A stretch of DNA of 64,000 nt. Source: the human T2T-CHM13v2.0 reference genome, Homo sapiens. Below are positions 1-13,751 of the stretch, in pieces. Every line of letters starts with the position of its first letter. The stretch's first letter is position 1. The stretch lies in the NCBI RefSeq assembly GCF_009914755.1, contig NC_060936.1; one strand, written 5' to 3'. Position numbers and translations under genes: made by a program. The notes under the pieces were generated by a model. That model was not told where the DNA came from. It made no database searches and worked only from the letters and a program-made list of their open reading frames with translations.

Positions 1-640
1 AGATTAAAAACCAAATCCAACAAAGCTACATTCCCTTGGCTAGACCTATTAACCAGTGTTTCCCTACAACATAAAACTTTGAAAACACATGCTGGCCTCC
101 CAAGTTTGCAATAATGTTTTCTTAATAGACACGCTTATGATCATAAAAAATCTCCAAAGATTATATTTTATTCCTCATGAATCAAAATGATTATGTATTG
201 TTTTCTGGTCCTTTCATTTTCATATATACAACACCAAGTGTTCACTTGCTTGAATGCATAGAGCCATACAGTGTTAAAAACTACTAATGCCAGATAATTA
301 TCTTTCATGTGAAAATTTGTATAAGGAATCTAGGGTTCCACTTTCAAAAACCTCTATGTTTTTTGCTTTTTTATCCTGAGCCTACAAAACCAACCCCCAA
401 AAAATTACCTCCATGAGTTTCACCTGCAGTACCTATCATTGTGGTCAAATTTCTTTCTTTTCAATATCCCCATAATCTGTTGACATTCCTGGACTGCCAG
501 AAAGTGACCTAGGGAAGGCAGAGCTTCACTTATGTTTTGATTATTTTTTCCCTGTAGGACAATTATGGTAATCATCCCAGTAAGACAGCTCTTACTGTGA
601 TGTTGAGTTATTTAAGAAATATCAGACATATTAAACATAC

Positions 641-764
641 CTAATCATTTCTAGTATCTATAATAAATTTTGTGATTCCTCTCAGATTCTTTGGGAAATC
701 TCTACAATCATTTTAAGTATAAGAGATACATTGCTTTTTCTTTCTGCTGAGGTTAGAGTTTGAT
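641..764 (-). other. Candidate internal exon (124 nt) of a putative minus-strand transcript; stops in all three frames
   Basis: Minus strand reads ctttttt-gtttttgccttccaAG|ATCAAAC...GATTAG|GTATGTtt: strong polypyrimidine tract and good donor in non-repeat DNA. No expression evidence. Confidence 0.35.
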
Positions 765-2071
765 CTTGGAAGGCAAAAACAAAAAAGTTCTTAAAATAGA
801 TGTGGTCATTTTATTAAAATAAGATTATAGATACTTAAAGAGAATAAATCATGGAACTTTGGCTATTTATTAATCAGAAAAACAATATATTTTGTTAAAT
901 ATACAATTGTAAGGAAACAATTCTTTTAAGTAAGGAGCTTTTTTGTTTTATTTAAATAATAATTTTACATAGGATATCTGTTCTCTGAGTGGAATGGACA
1001 AAAGATAAAGGATAAACTTATATTATGTTTGTAAAGAGCAGAATATGACAAGACACACTCATCATTTTGAAAAAGAGAAAACCAAATCTAGTGTTGCACA
1101 AATATAATACTTGGCAGTAAAGGATCGTTAAGTGTCTTCTTTTTCAATTATCTTTTGAGAAAGTCCCTCAAAACTAAATAAATTTAAGATATTTTGTGAC
1201 TTCTCTTTCAGATTCATTATTTTCAGATATAATAACAAGCCTTCTACAACTTTCTATATCCATACAAATTTTGTCTCTTGCTGTTCTCTTTCATATTTCA
1301 AACAACCTGACACTTTTCCTTTGGTCAAAACTGCCCTTTTTAACCCTTGATAAACAAAAGCACATCCATTAACGTGGTATTCAGTCAAACTTCTTTGTCA
1401 CTATTTTTCCTAACATAATCTCGATTGCCCACATTAATTATACTTTTTAACTAGATTGACAGACTACTTTTTCACAGAGAGAACTAGGAGACAGGAAAGA
1501 ATTGATAACTGTGTGTCATACACAAGCATGTCAGTATACTAACAGAGCTCACGAATAGAGAAGAGTAAGAATCTCTGTTGAGATAGTATAGTACCACTCC
1601 CAACAGTGACCATTCCTTTCACACTCTCTTACAGTGGCAAAAATAAATACATTTGTTAATATGATTCAAAACTACGGCAACTCTATAAAATATATAGATA
1701 AGGGGCAAAATTTTATATGTATGTGTATATATATATATATATGTATAATACATGTAAACAATGTTTGGTGACCAATGTTTTAGTATTCTATAAGTTTTCC
1801 AAGATTAATTAATTTGATCTAATTTCAGTTTAATAATTTAAAATTAATTAGATATTTTGGAAATTATATTTAAGCTGATGCACTGCGGAACCCAATAATT
1901 ATTTATGTAAAAACATTTGTCAAATACAATTCAATTTAGTTGAACACATAATTTTACATTTTACTTAATTTTAAACATTGTGTAGAAGTAATGTTGGCTT
2001 ATCTGATTGGTAAAATAGTTTAAGAATATTAAAGAGTTCAGATTAACTAAATTTTTAAAACCCCAATGTTA

Positions 2072-2264
2072 GACACAGGGAAGGAAACAATACACACTGG
2101 GTCCTGTTGGGGAAGGTGTCGGGGGAGGGACAGCATCAGGAAAAATAGCTAATGCATGCTGGGCTTAATGCCTAGGTGATGGTTTGATAGGTGCAGCAAA
2201 GCACCATGGCACATGTTTACCTATGTAACAAACCTGCAAATGTACCCCAGAACTTAAAAAAAAA
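2072..2264 (+). mobile_element. L1PA (about L1PA8-13) 3' end fragment
   Basis: L1 3'UTR motifs aatagctaatgcatgctgggcttaat, cctaggtgatgg, gcaccatggcacatgtttacctatgtaacaaacctgca, followed by an A-tail. Confidence 0.9.
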
Positions 2265-2599
2265 CCCTCAAAAGCCATACATAAAATCATTGATAAGGTT
2301 GACTCAAACAAACAAACAAAAAAACCCCAAATGTTATATAGAATACAATGTAGGTATTATGCTCTGTGTTAATAAAGTCAGGAAAAAGACACATAGCTAT
2401 TTTTTTTAATTATTAAAGCAGCTTCGGTCCAAATACCTACTTTAATTATTTGAACTTAGACTATTAATTAAAATGTAAAATATAAGTATATAAAACATGG
2501 AGACTTTAGTTATGTCATATATATATATATATATATGTATTTGTGAATCTCTATCAACCAATCAGAACAGAGTTCCTATACTGAGAAACTCTATGGCTT

Positions 2600-3155
2600 A
2601 ATGTATTACTGTCCTCTAGCAATAAAAAATATTTCACATTCACATGATGAAATGGGTTCGCGTTTTAGTAGCTAGAGACATCAACTATCATTTATTTGTA
2701 TTACAAATCTATGGTTTGGGCAGAATTTGGCAGGGAAGGCTCCATGCATTGTCATTTGGGGTGGCTTAGCTGGAGTATGGAGGATCCACTTCTAAGAGCT
2801 CTCACTCACGTGGCTGACAAGTCAGTGTTGGTTGCTGGCTGTTGGCTGTGACCTCAATGAAGGCTGAGAGATGGGGCCTTGGTTCTTCTCCATGCGGGTC
2901 TGTCTATATGAGCGGCTTGGGCTTCCCCACAGCATAGTGCTTGGTTCCAAGCATAAGAACAACTGTATTGTCTTTTATGACCTACCTTCAGAAATTCCTC
3001 AGTGCCACTTAAACCTGAGTGCAAAATCTGCTCCAATTTAAGAGTATGGAACATAGATCTTGCCTCTTAATGTGAAGAGTGTCAAAGTCATGTTGTAATA
3101 ACATGTTGGATGGAAGATATGGTGGTAGTCATTTTTTGAAAAATAGAATCTGTCA
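2600..3155 (-). mobile_element. MLT1 (F/G/H-like) MaLR LTR
   Basis: ggaggatccacttctaag...ctcactcacgtggctgacaagt, cttctccatg, gggcttccccacagcat and tcttttatgaccta match antisense MLT1. Confidence 0.75.
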
Positions 3156-3734
3156 AAAGAGGTAAAGACTTTTCTCAAATACAGTCACATAGACACACAG
3201 ATAGCTTATAGCTTTCATTGCACAACCTCAGCCATGGATCAAAAGAAAAAAACAGAACACAGAAAAACACTTGTCCAGGTATCGGAAGTTCTTCTCCTTC
3301 CCAGAGGAACTAAAACATTTTCTCATATAATTGGAGTTCACAGATAATCAACCAAACAGAAAAGGCTAACAAACAAGATTCTCTGTCCTCTCCTTCCACC
3401 ACCCAACTGAGAGCTCTAAAAGATTAGACCATAAAACCAGATTTCTCATCATTCCTGACACCAGTGCTTCTGAACTACTAAGAGTAATTTTTACCTTGCA
3501 TGAGTAAAAGTTGCCTTAAGTACATTCTGCGAAAAATAGTGTATTTGAATTTCACAATTTAGCCCAATTTTCACAAATGATATTTTGTAACAAGAATCGA
3601 GTCTCAGCAAATATGATTTTCAAACTAAAATCTATAGTCAATACAAGACAAATATCTAGTTAATGAAAAGCTAACAAGAAATAATATCGATTCATTTAAA
3701 ATTTTTCTTCCATCTTTATAGTCATTGATAAGCC

Positions 3735-3975
3735 TTTAGCAGTGGAGTGCAACGGTTGGAGTTTGGGTATGAATTCAAATACTAGCTCTACTCCATAGTA
3801 GTTATGTGTTTTTGGGCTCCTCTCTCGTCCTTGGGTTCATCATGGGCAAAATGGAAATAATAATTATACCTTATAGGCTCACATGACTATTAAATAGATC
3901 AACTTAGTAAAACACTAATCATGGTGCCCAGTGCAAAGTAAACCCAATAAATGCCTGACACTATTGTTACTATAA
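3735..3975 (+). mobile_element. MIR SINE
   Basis: ttcaaatactagctcta, aaaatggaaataataat, gtgcccagtgcaaagtaaacccaataaatg follow the MIR consensus. Confidence 0.7.
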
Positions 3976-4547
3976 CTATTACAATATTATAGTAATATAA
4001 TATGTAATATATAATGACATATCATATGTATTATATAATATACACTAACAAATGTATATATACTAGCAATATTTATATTATATAGATATGTGGTACAGAT
4101 TTATGTTATAGAGATATATAGTACTATGTATTAATAGTTATGTGTATAATACAGATTATACTATTAATATAACAAATATAGTATACTATTATATATACTA
4201 TATATTATAGTATATTATATACACTATATATTATAGTATATTATTATATACACTATATATTATAGTATATTATATACACTATATATTATAGTATATTATA
4301 TACACTATATATTATAGTATATTATTATATACACTATATTATAGTATATTATTGTATACACTATATATTATAGTATATTATTATATACACTATATGTTAT
4401 AGTATATTATTATATACACTATATGTTATAGTATATTATTATATATACTATATATGATAGTATTTATAGAATTACATATAGTGTAAATGTAGTTTTATAT
4501 GCTATATACATAACACCATATATGTACTATATATAAAAATATATATT
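3976..4547. repeat. TA-rich low-complexity tract with a 26-29 bp minisatellite (~9-10 units, ~4196-4460)
   Basis: Unit cactatatattatagtatat(tat)tatata recurs at 4222, 4251, 4277, 4303, 4332, 4359, 4388 and 4417. Confidence 0.9.
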
Positions 4548-4854
<307 letters not shown>

Positions 4855-6180
4855 ATGCTATATATACTACACATATTACTGTAACTACAGTAATGTAACC
4901 ATTACTATAAGGTAATGTGACACAAAAAAGGCTACCTGCCAATTTGACTCTATTTTAACTTCAATGGTCTGAGAATTAAAGTGATAATAATGAATCTCCA
5001 CATACTTTCAATGTTTCAACTATAAATTTTAGAGAACACACATTCCCATCCAATAACATTCTTTTAATCCAAGCGTACATGTGGTACATTTAAGTTGTGC
5101 TTTTATGTGAATTTGAATTGCTTTTGGTTTCAAACTGCTTCAGAAAAACACAAGTCATTTTTGCTGCTAGGAGTTGAGGAATCCTTTATATCTGAAAACA
5201 CGCATTGGGATAAAGCCCCTTATTTAATGTGTCTGTCATTCATTTGTTCCAGAAGTCAATTTGGGGTGTTAACATTTGCAACGCCATAAGTGCAAGAGTG
5301 AGCCCTTACCCCTACAGGCAGCTAAACATACAAGTATATGTCTAGCCCTTTCTTTTTGTAGTTTCCTCCTGCCCTTATGCCCAGAAAGGTGGACACTTGC
5401 ATCCTCAAGTAAATGCAGCATTTTTCAAACTCTTCTCTTTGAAAACTATAGACTCCCATATGATAACTGCCTACCTAGGATCCATGGCCATTCAGGTGGA
5501 TCCAAATGAAAGCTCCCTCCTCTAAGGAAAATAGTTAATGTCTTCATATATTGCAACTCCATCAATAGCTTATCCAAAAATATCACCTTTATAATACAGA
5601 GCTCTGCTCTGGCTCTCTATACAAAGAACGCCCAGAATAAATATGATGATAACAGGAAAACAAAGACCAAACATTTTGAAGGCATAATGTCTTCTATTTT
5701 TCACATATGACCAACTAAACTAAGAGCACCTCAAACATCCTCATTTTCTGCTTAAGAAGAGTAACAAGAAGTACCCTCATTTTCTACACAAGAAGGACGA
5801 CTAGTGGTCAAAAGACATACTTTTCTCTTGATTTTCATGCCTTGAATCCATAGAATCATATTTTTGCAATTAAAATTGTAGATAACTTACTTTACATTTA
5901 TTACTGTGGAGAACAAGGCCATGAAAAGAAGAAGTAAATTAATTACTCAAGGTTGCCTATTTAGTGATAGATGTAAGTCTCTTTCTAACATATAGCCCCT
6001 CTTAGGTCTAATTGTCTTTGGTTGTGAATATGCGGTGGGAAATAATTAGCTCAGATTCCTTTGGTGTTGTCCAGAAGAATTTGGTTCTTTGCGCAAACAC
6101 AAACTGCAAACACTATGCTCGAAAACTGGGAATCTTATGATTCAGTCTTCCTAGAGAATTTAAGTAGGGGTTTGTCTTAG

Positions 6181-6514
<334 letters not shown>

Positions 6515-7694
6515 AGTTTCTGACTGGTTTTGAAGCCTCCTGAAAAGAAGTAGGTGTTACAAATTTATTTTGGTTGATAAGTGTGCATTGAAACTTCTCC
6601 TACTGAGTTATTGCTGAGCAAGTAGATGGAAACTTGGAATGCTGTACCAAGAGTAAGCTCACCATCCTTCTATCCACATACCTAAACATCTCAAAAACCC
6701 AGTTGCCAAAGCCCTGCATTCCTTAGCCCATGACTAAATGTTAACACTCTTGCCTGATTATATGTGTCTAGAAATAAATATGCACCAACAAGTGCATAAT
6801 TTTAACTAAATTTAATTGTGCTTTAGAAACTTGAAATAGCTAGTAGATAATGAGTGTGTCTGGAAGTGATTGTTTTAAATTCAGCGCTTAAGCAAAGATT
6901 TCTGAGAATCATCTAAGCATTTGCTTTTCATCACTCCATCAGTGTTTCTTAATTTTAACACAAAATGGGCTTGTGGGCAGAAGACTCCTACACAAGAGGG
7001 AAAAAAAACTCTTCCTAAACATGGCTAGTATAACAACAACACCAGGACATTAAAGGAAGGAGAACTAAGAAATATTCTCTTGAAAGTGAACTGACTGAGC
7101 TGAATTTGTAGCCAAGCAATGTGCAGGAATGAAGTAATTCTGGTATTTCTGACCTCCTACTCAAAGATGTTCCAAATTTCACATTTTCTGGTGTACACAA
7201 TGTCTCAATACTGCTCACAGTAACCATATCCTCTGATAAGACCAACACATGAAGAAGTTTTGGGGGATGAATTATTTATGATGAACTTCGAAGATTGCAG
7301 AATTTCACAAGTTTTAAGCAGACAAGAGGCAAAGAACCTCCTCAGGAAAAACAATCATATGTGAGTAAAATTCAATGGTTCAGACTACCTCTTCTATGAA
7401 AGTATTTTCTTGTACTCTCAATGGAAAGTGGTCTTTTTCTTATTTGAATAATCAATCTCAATCTCTACAAATTATCTTGAGTACATAAAGGGTGAATTCT
7501 GTGTCCCACATGAAGTTGTACAGGTGGTAAGTGGTAGTAGTATGTACTTACTGTCTTATTCAACACTGGTGAAGCACTTATGGTGTGCCATGAGCCATGC
7601 ATGGTGCTGAAGTCACTAAGAAAGTAAAAGTCTAATAACAGAGCCAGATTTCTTAAATTCCAATACAATGGTGTGTGTATGTCGATAATGTATT

Positions 7695-8300
7695 ATCCAA
7701 ACATTTATTGATAAGAAAATAAGATGTCCCAGTTTGCCCACCTTACACCTGTTGTGCCAACAGAATGATTAATAGCATCCTGGTTTAGACAGCAAATTAT
7801 ATACTTACCCTATTTATTAAACAACTCATGCATGTCAAGCACCAGAAATAAAAGAAAATTTCTGCATTTAAGGAGTTAAATATCTAGTAGAGGAAATAGA
7901 CAAATAAACAATTTTAATGCATGTGATAAATGTTATATATTATAGATATATGTAGAAGGCCGTCAAAGTTTATTTGTAGCATATCTGTTCCAGACCAGGC
8001 GTCAGAAATACTTTTCAGTGTCCAAAAGGCATGTGGCAGGTTGTCTTAAATGAAAAAAAGGAGTTAGTTAAGTGAAGAAAGAACGTTCCAAACAGAAGGA
8101 GATGTAGTTGCCAAGGCAAAGGAACAAGAGAGATTGTAGCAATTTTCAAGAACTGAAAGCATTTGATCTGTCTGGAGCATTGCCTGCAAGCAGGGAGGTA
8201 TAGAAGATGGAGCTGGAGGGATAATAGCTGGATCATGAGGGACTTCATTTGCCAATTTAAGGTCTGAACTGAATTCTGAGGCTTGAGGAGTTATTGATGC
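7695..8300 (-). mobile_element. L2 3' fragment, interrupted by a MER94-like MITE
   Basis: acatttattg, aaggagttaaatatctagtagagg, gttccaaacagaagga are typical antisense L2 motifs. Confidence 0.65.
7725..7812 (-). mobile_element. MER94-like hAT-Blackjack MITE
   Basis: gtcccagtttgccc...acacctgttgtgcc...attaatagc...tggtttagacagcaaattatatacttacccta. Confidence 0.6.
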
Positions 8301-8344
8301 ATAAAACACTGGGTCGCTTTAACTATAACATGGAACATAAAGTA

Positions 8345-8625
8345 GAGAGGGCATGACTACACAGAAATGTAAGCAGATGTTTTTGGGTGGGATTTACATA
8401 AAATCTCTTTAAGTGACCTTAATTTGGCATGAATTTTTTTTCTCTCCTCCATTTTATTGCTTTCTCCTTGGAATATGAATGTGATGGCTGGATTCCAGCA
8501 AACATCTTGTGACTTTGAGGAAGGAAGTGACATGGAGTGAGTGAGCAAGGAAAAAAAATGAGTCTGGATTTTTATGACTTTGTGCATTCATCTTACTAGT
8601 TATAGATCACCTACCTTTGCACTAC
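8345..8625 (+). mobile_element. Old MLT1 (I/J/K-like) LTR fragment
   Basis: tggaatatgaatgtgatggctggattccagcaaacatcttgtgac. Confidence 0.6.
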
Positions 8626-9410
8626 CCCATCCCTTTTACTCTCTCCTTCCACAGAGTGAACCATGATCCTCTAACTGGTGTGCATCATCCCATAAATTTT
8701 TACTTTATTGCATATGAATCGAAAATAAATGTATCATTTTGTGTTATATTAATTAGGATGCATATTAAGCTTCTATAAAAAAGAAACCCCAAAATATAAT
8801 GGTTCAAAAATTCCATGGCTCATAGAGTCCAGTGATAGGCTAGCAATTCAGGGCAGATGTCTTTACCCACAAGATTAGCCAAGATCTAGATTCCCTCTCT
8901 TGTTGCTGCATCATGACCTCGGGTGTCTTCATAGTTGAAGCTGGCATTCTTGCATTCTAGCCATTGGAAAGGGAAAAGAGAGGGAGGGTGGATGTGCAGC
9001 CCCCTTTCACATTTATGGATATAAAATTGAAGTTGTACACATAATTCTATTCACACCATATGGGGCAGAATTTTACTCATGGCTGTACCTAGCTTCAAGG
9101 GAGGCTGGATAATATCTGCCAGTATAACCATATACATTGCTGAATCTTGGGCAATGGGCTCTTCTCTCGTTGGAAGAGAGAAGGGTAGACTGGATTCTAA
9201 GCCAAAATTAGTAACTCGTAGGTTTTTAACATTTATATAAATTGACTGCATTGTGTGTATCTTTCAGTAATTAAGTTTTTTACATTTGATATTGCATTTT
9301 TTACATTTGTTCCTGTTACATTAAATAAATTTTAGTCGCTTTAATAATTGTATTGCACTCATTCTAGGGATAAATCATACATTATCTGTTCATCTACTGG
9401 TGGATGAGAT
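8626..9410 (-). mobile_element. L1ME 3' fragment split by an MLT1I/J-like LTR (~8745-9215)
   Basis: Antisense L1ME motifs on both sides (acatttatataaattg, tatctgttcatctact). Inner segment: ttaattaggatg...aaccccaaaatataatgg...catggctgtacctagcttcaagggaggctgg. Confidence 0.6.
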
Positions 9411-10811
9411 ATAAAATTCTAGTAAACCCATCTTCTCTTGTAGTGTTGAACCAATACAAAATCAGTCTAAGCATGTGGGAAATTGCATTTAAAAATGGTG
9501 GCTTTCGAGTACACCATGAGGCAAGCTATTCCAGAGGTCATAGAATGGAGAGGTTTACTGGTCAAGTTAAGATGCTCAAATCACATGGCTTACTAAATTA
9601 ATATAAAACATAGTAAGAAGAAAAGGGAAAGATATGGCATAAGTTAATACAGTTAGGATAGGATGCAAGCAAGATAAAGGGACCACGCTAGCTGAATCCT
9701 GTGTCTCTGTGGCACCAGTCTTCCCTCCTGATGATAGGGTTGTGAGGACCAGAGTTGAATTTTGAGGCAAGGGGGTCTCCAGATAAAAGGTGGCTGAGCC
9801 AACATATATTCTTGCTCTGTTGAAGAGACCCAGGGGCAATTAACCTGATAAGCAACTATAAATTTTTAATTGCTTTTCCTGGGCAGAGAACTTGTAGGGC
9901 CAGAATGGATGACCGATTTTAGACTTACTGCTGCTTCATGCATATCATCAGTATTAGGTGCTTCAGTGCCTCATATCTATTTAATGAATTATAAATATTT
10001 AGATCCTCTTCATTCTTCTTTACTTTTTATCTGTGTTTAGCACTCATATGCTCTAATTACTTTATCCATGTCTGTCATCTTACAGGTTACTGACTTATAT
10101 ATAATTAAACATATTAAATGAGTTTCATCAATCCCATTTGTATTTCCTATCTTCTACAACAGAATTGAATATTCTAAAATAATAAAAAAAATACATAGTG
10201 TAAGTTAGGGCAGACCTTTCCTATAAGAGGGGAAAGCCTTTACCACTAACTTCATGACATGGTCAAGAGTAATTGTCAGACCTCTTCCAAAGTAGAAGAG
10301 ATGAAGACATGCCTGGTTTCTTTTTGCAAAATCACCCATATGGTAAATCACTTCACCTCTCCAAGTGCTAAGTGAGTGGATATAGAGAGGTCAGGAAGGT
10401 TATACAAATGCAGATAGTTCCACTTAAAAGACAACAGCAGCAGTATGGAATATTTCCCTCTCAAATGAAACTAGAATTCACAGATGAAGAACAAAAACAT
10501 TACTGTTATAACCTACAAGGCTGGTATCAGGAAATGTAGCTTACATCTGGCAGAGAAGTGGGTTTCATAATGTTGAACTCCGGAATTAGGCTGACTTACT
10601 CACAGTCAGTACTGGACCGATACAAGCTTCACACATGGGGAAAAGATTTTCATGACTAAGATTAATGTGGCCCATAATCTTGAGAGCAACTGGGAGCAGT
10701 GTCAGTTCCCAGATTCACTTGCCCAGTTCCAGACCCCAAATCAATAGTCAGGTTATTCTCTCCTTATTGGGAGGAGCGAGTGAGGGTGGATGGAAATGAA
10801 GTATCTGGAGC

Positions 10812-10834
10812 AAAAAAAAAAAAAAAAAAAAAAA
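10812..10834 (+). repeat. Poly(A)23
   Basis: Direct read. Confidence 0.95.
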
Positions 10835-12187
10835 GTTCTTCCTGACAATTTCCAGTTTTTATCTTAATCTACTGGGTTTAACCATTAAAAGTATAATCAG
10901 ACAAGGAGAAGATCATTCTATTAGGGTAGCCCCATTCCTATGTTTACAAGGCCTCTTTCTAACACCAACCATTACTCCTTTGGGTTCTTCTTGGAACCAC
11001 TGCTAATGTAGAGAGCACCCTCCAAAGTCAAGTGTAGAGTAAACTCTCAAAAGGTTCTGAACATGTCAGAGTGGTAAATTAGTTATGTTAGCTCCAAGCC
11101 CACTCCATATCAGTGCTGAAATTCACTGTCTATTTTGTCTAGCATCATTGTCCAATATGACTCATGAGAAATTAATATTCAAAGATTAAAGATATACCTG
11201 TCAAAAATCTAATTATTTTGCCATTGTGAGTTGAAGTTGAAATAAATGAGAAAGGAGAGTTTAAAGGGCAGCCTCTCTAATTTCTTATTCTACTCAGTCT
11301 ACCAGCTAAAGGGGTTCTTAGCGGCACGGAAGAATTTAGTCTTTCAGAAGTTACATCTTGGACTGCACTCTTACAACTAATTTATTGCTTTCAAGGTCTC
11401 AAAATATGCATAATTTCAATAACACGTCTCACTTATTAAATGGCCTACAAGATTAATAGGACATGTAATATTATCACAGCATCTATTTCACACGTAAAAG
11501 ATATAAGAAAAAATAATATCTACCAAATTATTTATTTCAGGCAAAATTATGTTCCTCAAACTGACTATTTTTAGTATCACACATCATAGCAAACCCCAAT
11601 CATACCTGAGTTAAAAAAAATAGAGAGAAAAACTTGGTTTCAACTTCATCAGAATGCTAATAAATCTATGCCAGATGTTTAGTATCTACAAACTGTGAAT
11701 TTAAAATCAAGTGGGAAAGATCTCCTAGCAAATGGTTAATGTAGGTCTATGCATTTGCCATTTGTGAGTTTCTAGGGGTGGGAGGCTTGGTCAGGAAAAT
11801 TCATTTATGCTTATTGTTTTGTCACTCAGACTGTGGTATTTAAGATATTGCATCCTTCTTGCAATCTTTGGAAATTTTAATGGTGGCAGCCTATGAATCC
11901 AATTTGAGGCACCTTCTTTCCTGCCCAGAATATCCAACTGCTCACTCTTGTGAGCAGACACATCCATCCCAGTGCCCTCATAGGTTTTCTAATGCTGCTT
12001 GCTGTAGAATTGTGTAAGCCTGTAATATTGGCCTCCTAGGGAGGATTTTCCCCAACTCTTTAAATTCACTCATCCATAGAATTTGCCCTCAGCAGATTCC
12101 TGAAATGAAGCTATAGTTGTTTTCTGAAGTTGTGCCCCTAGGGCCATAATAAAGTCCAATAACTCAAATGCTCCTCAGGGGACTGTC

Positions 12188-12219
12188 TGTGTGTGTGTGT
12201 GTGTGCCCGCGTGTGTGCA
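12188..12219. repeat. (TG)n microsatellite
   Basis: Direct read. Confidence 0.9.
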
Positions 12220-13251
12220 CTGGGCAAGTGAATTAATCCTCTCGTGTTTGATTTCATTCTATTATTCTTGTATGTCTTTTAGGAAGGTTCTAACCATCTC
12301 TCCTGCTTAATTTTCTCCCTTTCCTTCTCTACCTCATGAAGTACTATGATTTTGCTCGCCATGTCTTTTTGACAATTAAGAACAAACTGGTTTCATATCT
12401 CTTATTTTTAAAGAAATGCAAAACAGTATCTGGAGGAATATGTTTGAAAACAGAATGTCTGGGCCAGAAATCAAACTTTGAGCTTAAGTACCAATTGCTC
12501 AAACAAACCTTCCTCACCTTCACCTTCCTTGGTTGATGAATCTGAGCTCCTTTAGCTAAACTTTAACCTTTAACCAGGGCTGGCCTCAACTCACTGCACT
12601 ACCTATTGAACCTTTAATATTTCCTCTTTGTTCTGCCTTCCTTTAGCATTTTAGATCCCTGATTTTCTCAGGAATGTTTACTCTCAGAATAAGCAATTCG
12701 TATATTCTCCACCTGTGGAATACGGTACCTTCAGACTCTCCCAGTCATTCTTTTAGTATGATGCTGATCTTTTTTTGCTCATTTGAAATTTGTCCAGATT
12801 TTCCTGCCACCACTCTAGATGGAGAGCTGTTACAATCTTTAAGGGGATCCAATTTTTAAACTACCCAGGGCAACATCTCAGTTGCCTCAGTATAAAAGAC
12901 AAGACAGTAGCCAGTTGCTTTTCCTATATAATATTAAAAAGCTGCATCTCAACAGTGTCCCAAATCTGGCCTTCCCTGAAGCAATCATTCCAGTTTGCTT
13001 TCTAAAATTTTGCCTTCCTTTTTTGGGCCCCAATCAAAGCTTCTGACAGGGCAGTGCCGTCCTTCTCTTCTAATGCCTTCCATGAGCACTTGGTTTGGAA
13101 TTCATCTCCATTTTCCTTAATATTTTTATATGCCTTATCCTTAAAATTTTCATTGTCTATTTTATAAAAGCAAGACTATTTCCTAGAGTCTACACTGTTT
13201 TCCTAAAGGAATTTCTCCTCTTCTAGCTAAGTTAGCCTATCTTTCAGTTTA

Positions 13252-13284
13252 TGTGTGTGTGTGTGTGTCTGTGTGTGTGTGTGT
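13252..13284. repeat. (TG)n microsatellite
   Basis: Direct read. Confidence 0.9.
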
Positions 13285-13554
13285 TTTACTATGCCATGTG
13301 TCTCAAGCCTCTCCAATTTACCCTTGAATTCCTAATCAAACCAAACTAATAATCTACTCTCAGCATGAAATTCTGCAATTGTCTTCCTATTTAGTCGGCA
13401 ATAATTTCCTTGAGTTCTTAGATTCCCTCAAAATGGCCTCTTTTTCTGGTGCCTGATCCTTCTTTTGTTTAAAAGTAATAATATCTACCACAGATTGGGT
13501 TTCAATTCTGGTCTGAACTTACGTTATTTTCAAGCCCAAAGCCAATATGAAAAC

Positions 13555-13751
13555 ATGACGAAAAATGTTTAACAACTGTCTGGCAGGGAGAAGAACCCTG
13601 ATTTGTAGGGTTTACTGATTTCAGTTGTGTAAAAATTCTCTGTGTTGCCAATTTCAAGCTACCAATATGTCATCAATCACCTCACAAAATTACTGAGGAT
13701 TGAACAATCTGCTTGCATGAGCTGATGCAAGCTGGCCTTAGCACACAACTG
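13555..13751. mobile_element. MER63 hAT DNA transposon
   Basis: aaatgtttaacaac, ccctgatttgtag, atttcaagctaccaa and terminal gctggccttagcacacaactg. Confidence 0.75.

Noticed and set aside
3495-3527. ~32-nt minus-strand micro-exon (tttttcgcAG...AAG|GTAAAA)
   Set aside because: Short pyrimidine tract and modest donor; too weak without RNA data
4196-4460. Regular repeat array as CRISPR-like
   Set aside because: No unique spacers; eukaryotic TA minisatellite
10790-10840. Poly(A)23 as a processed-pseudogene tail
   Set aside because: No upstream AATAAA, convincing TSD or recognisable parent mRNA
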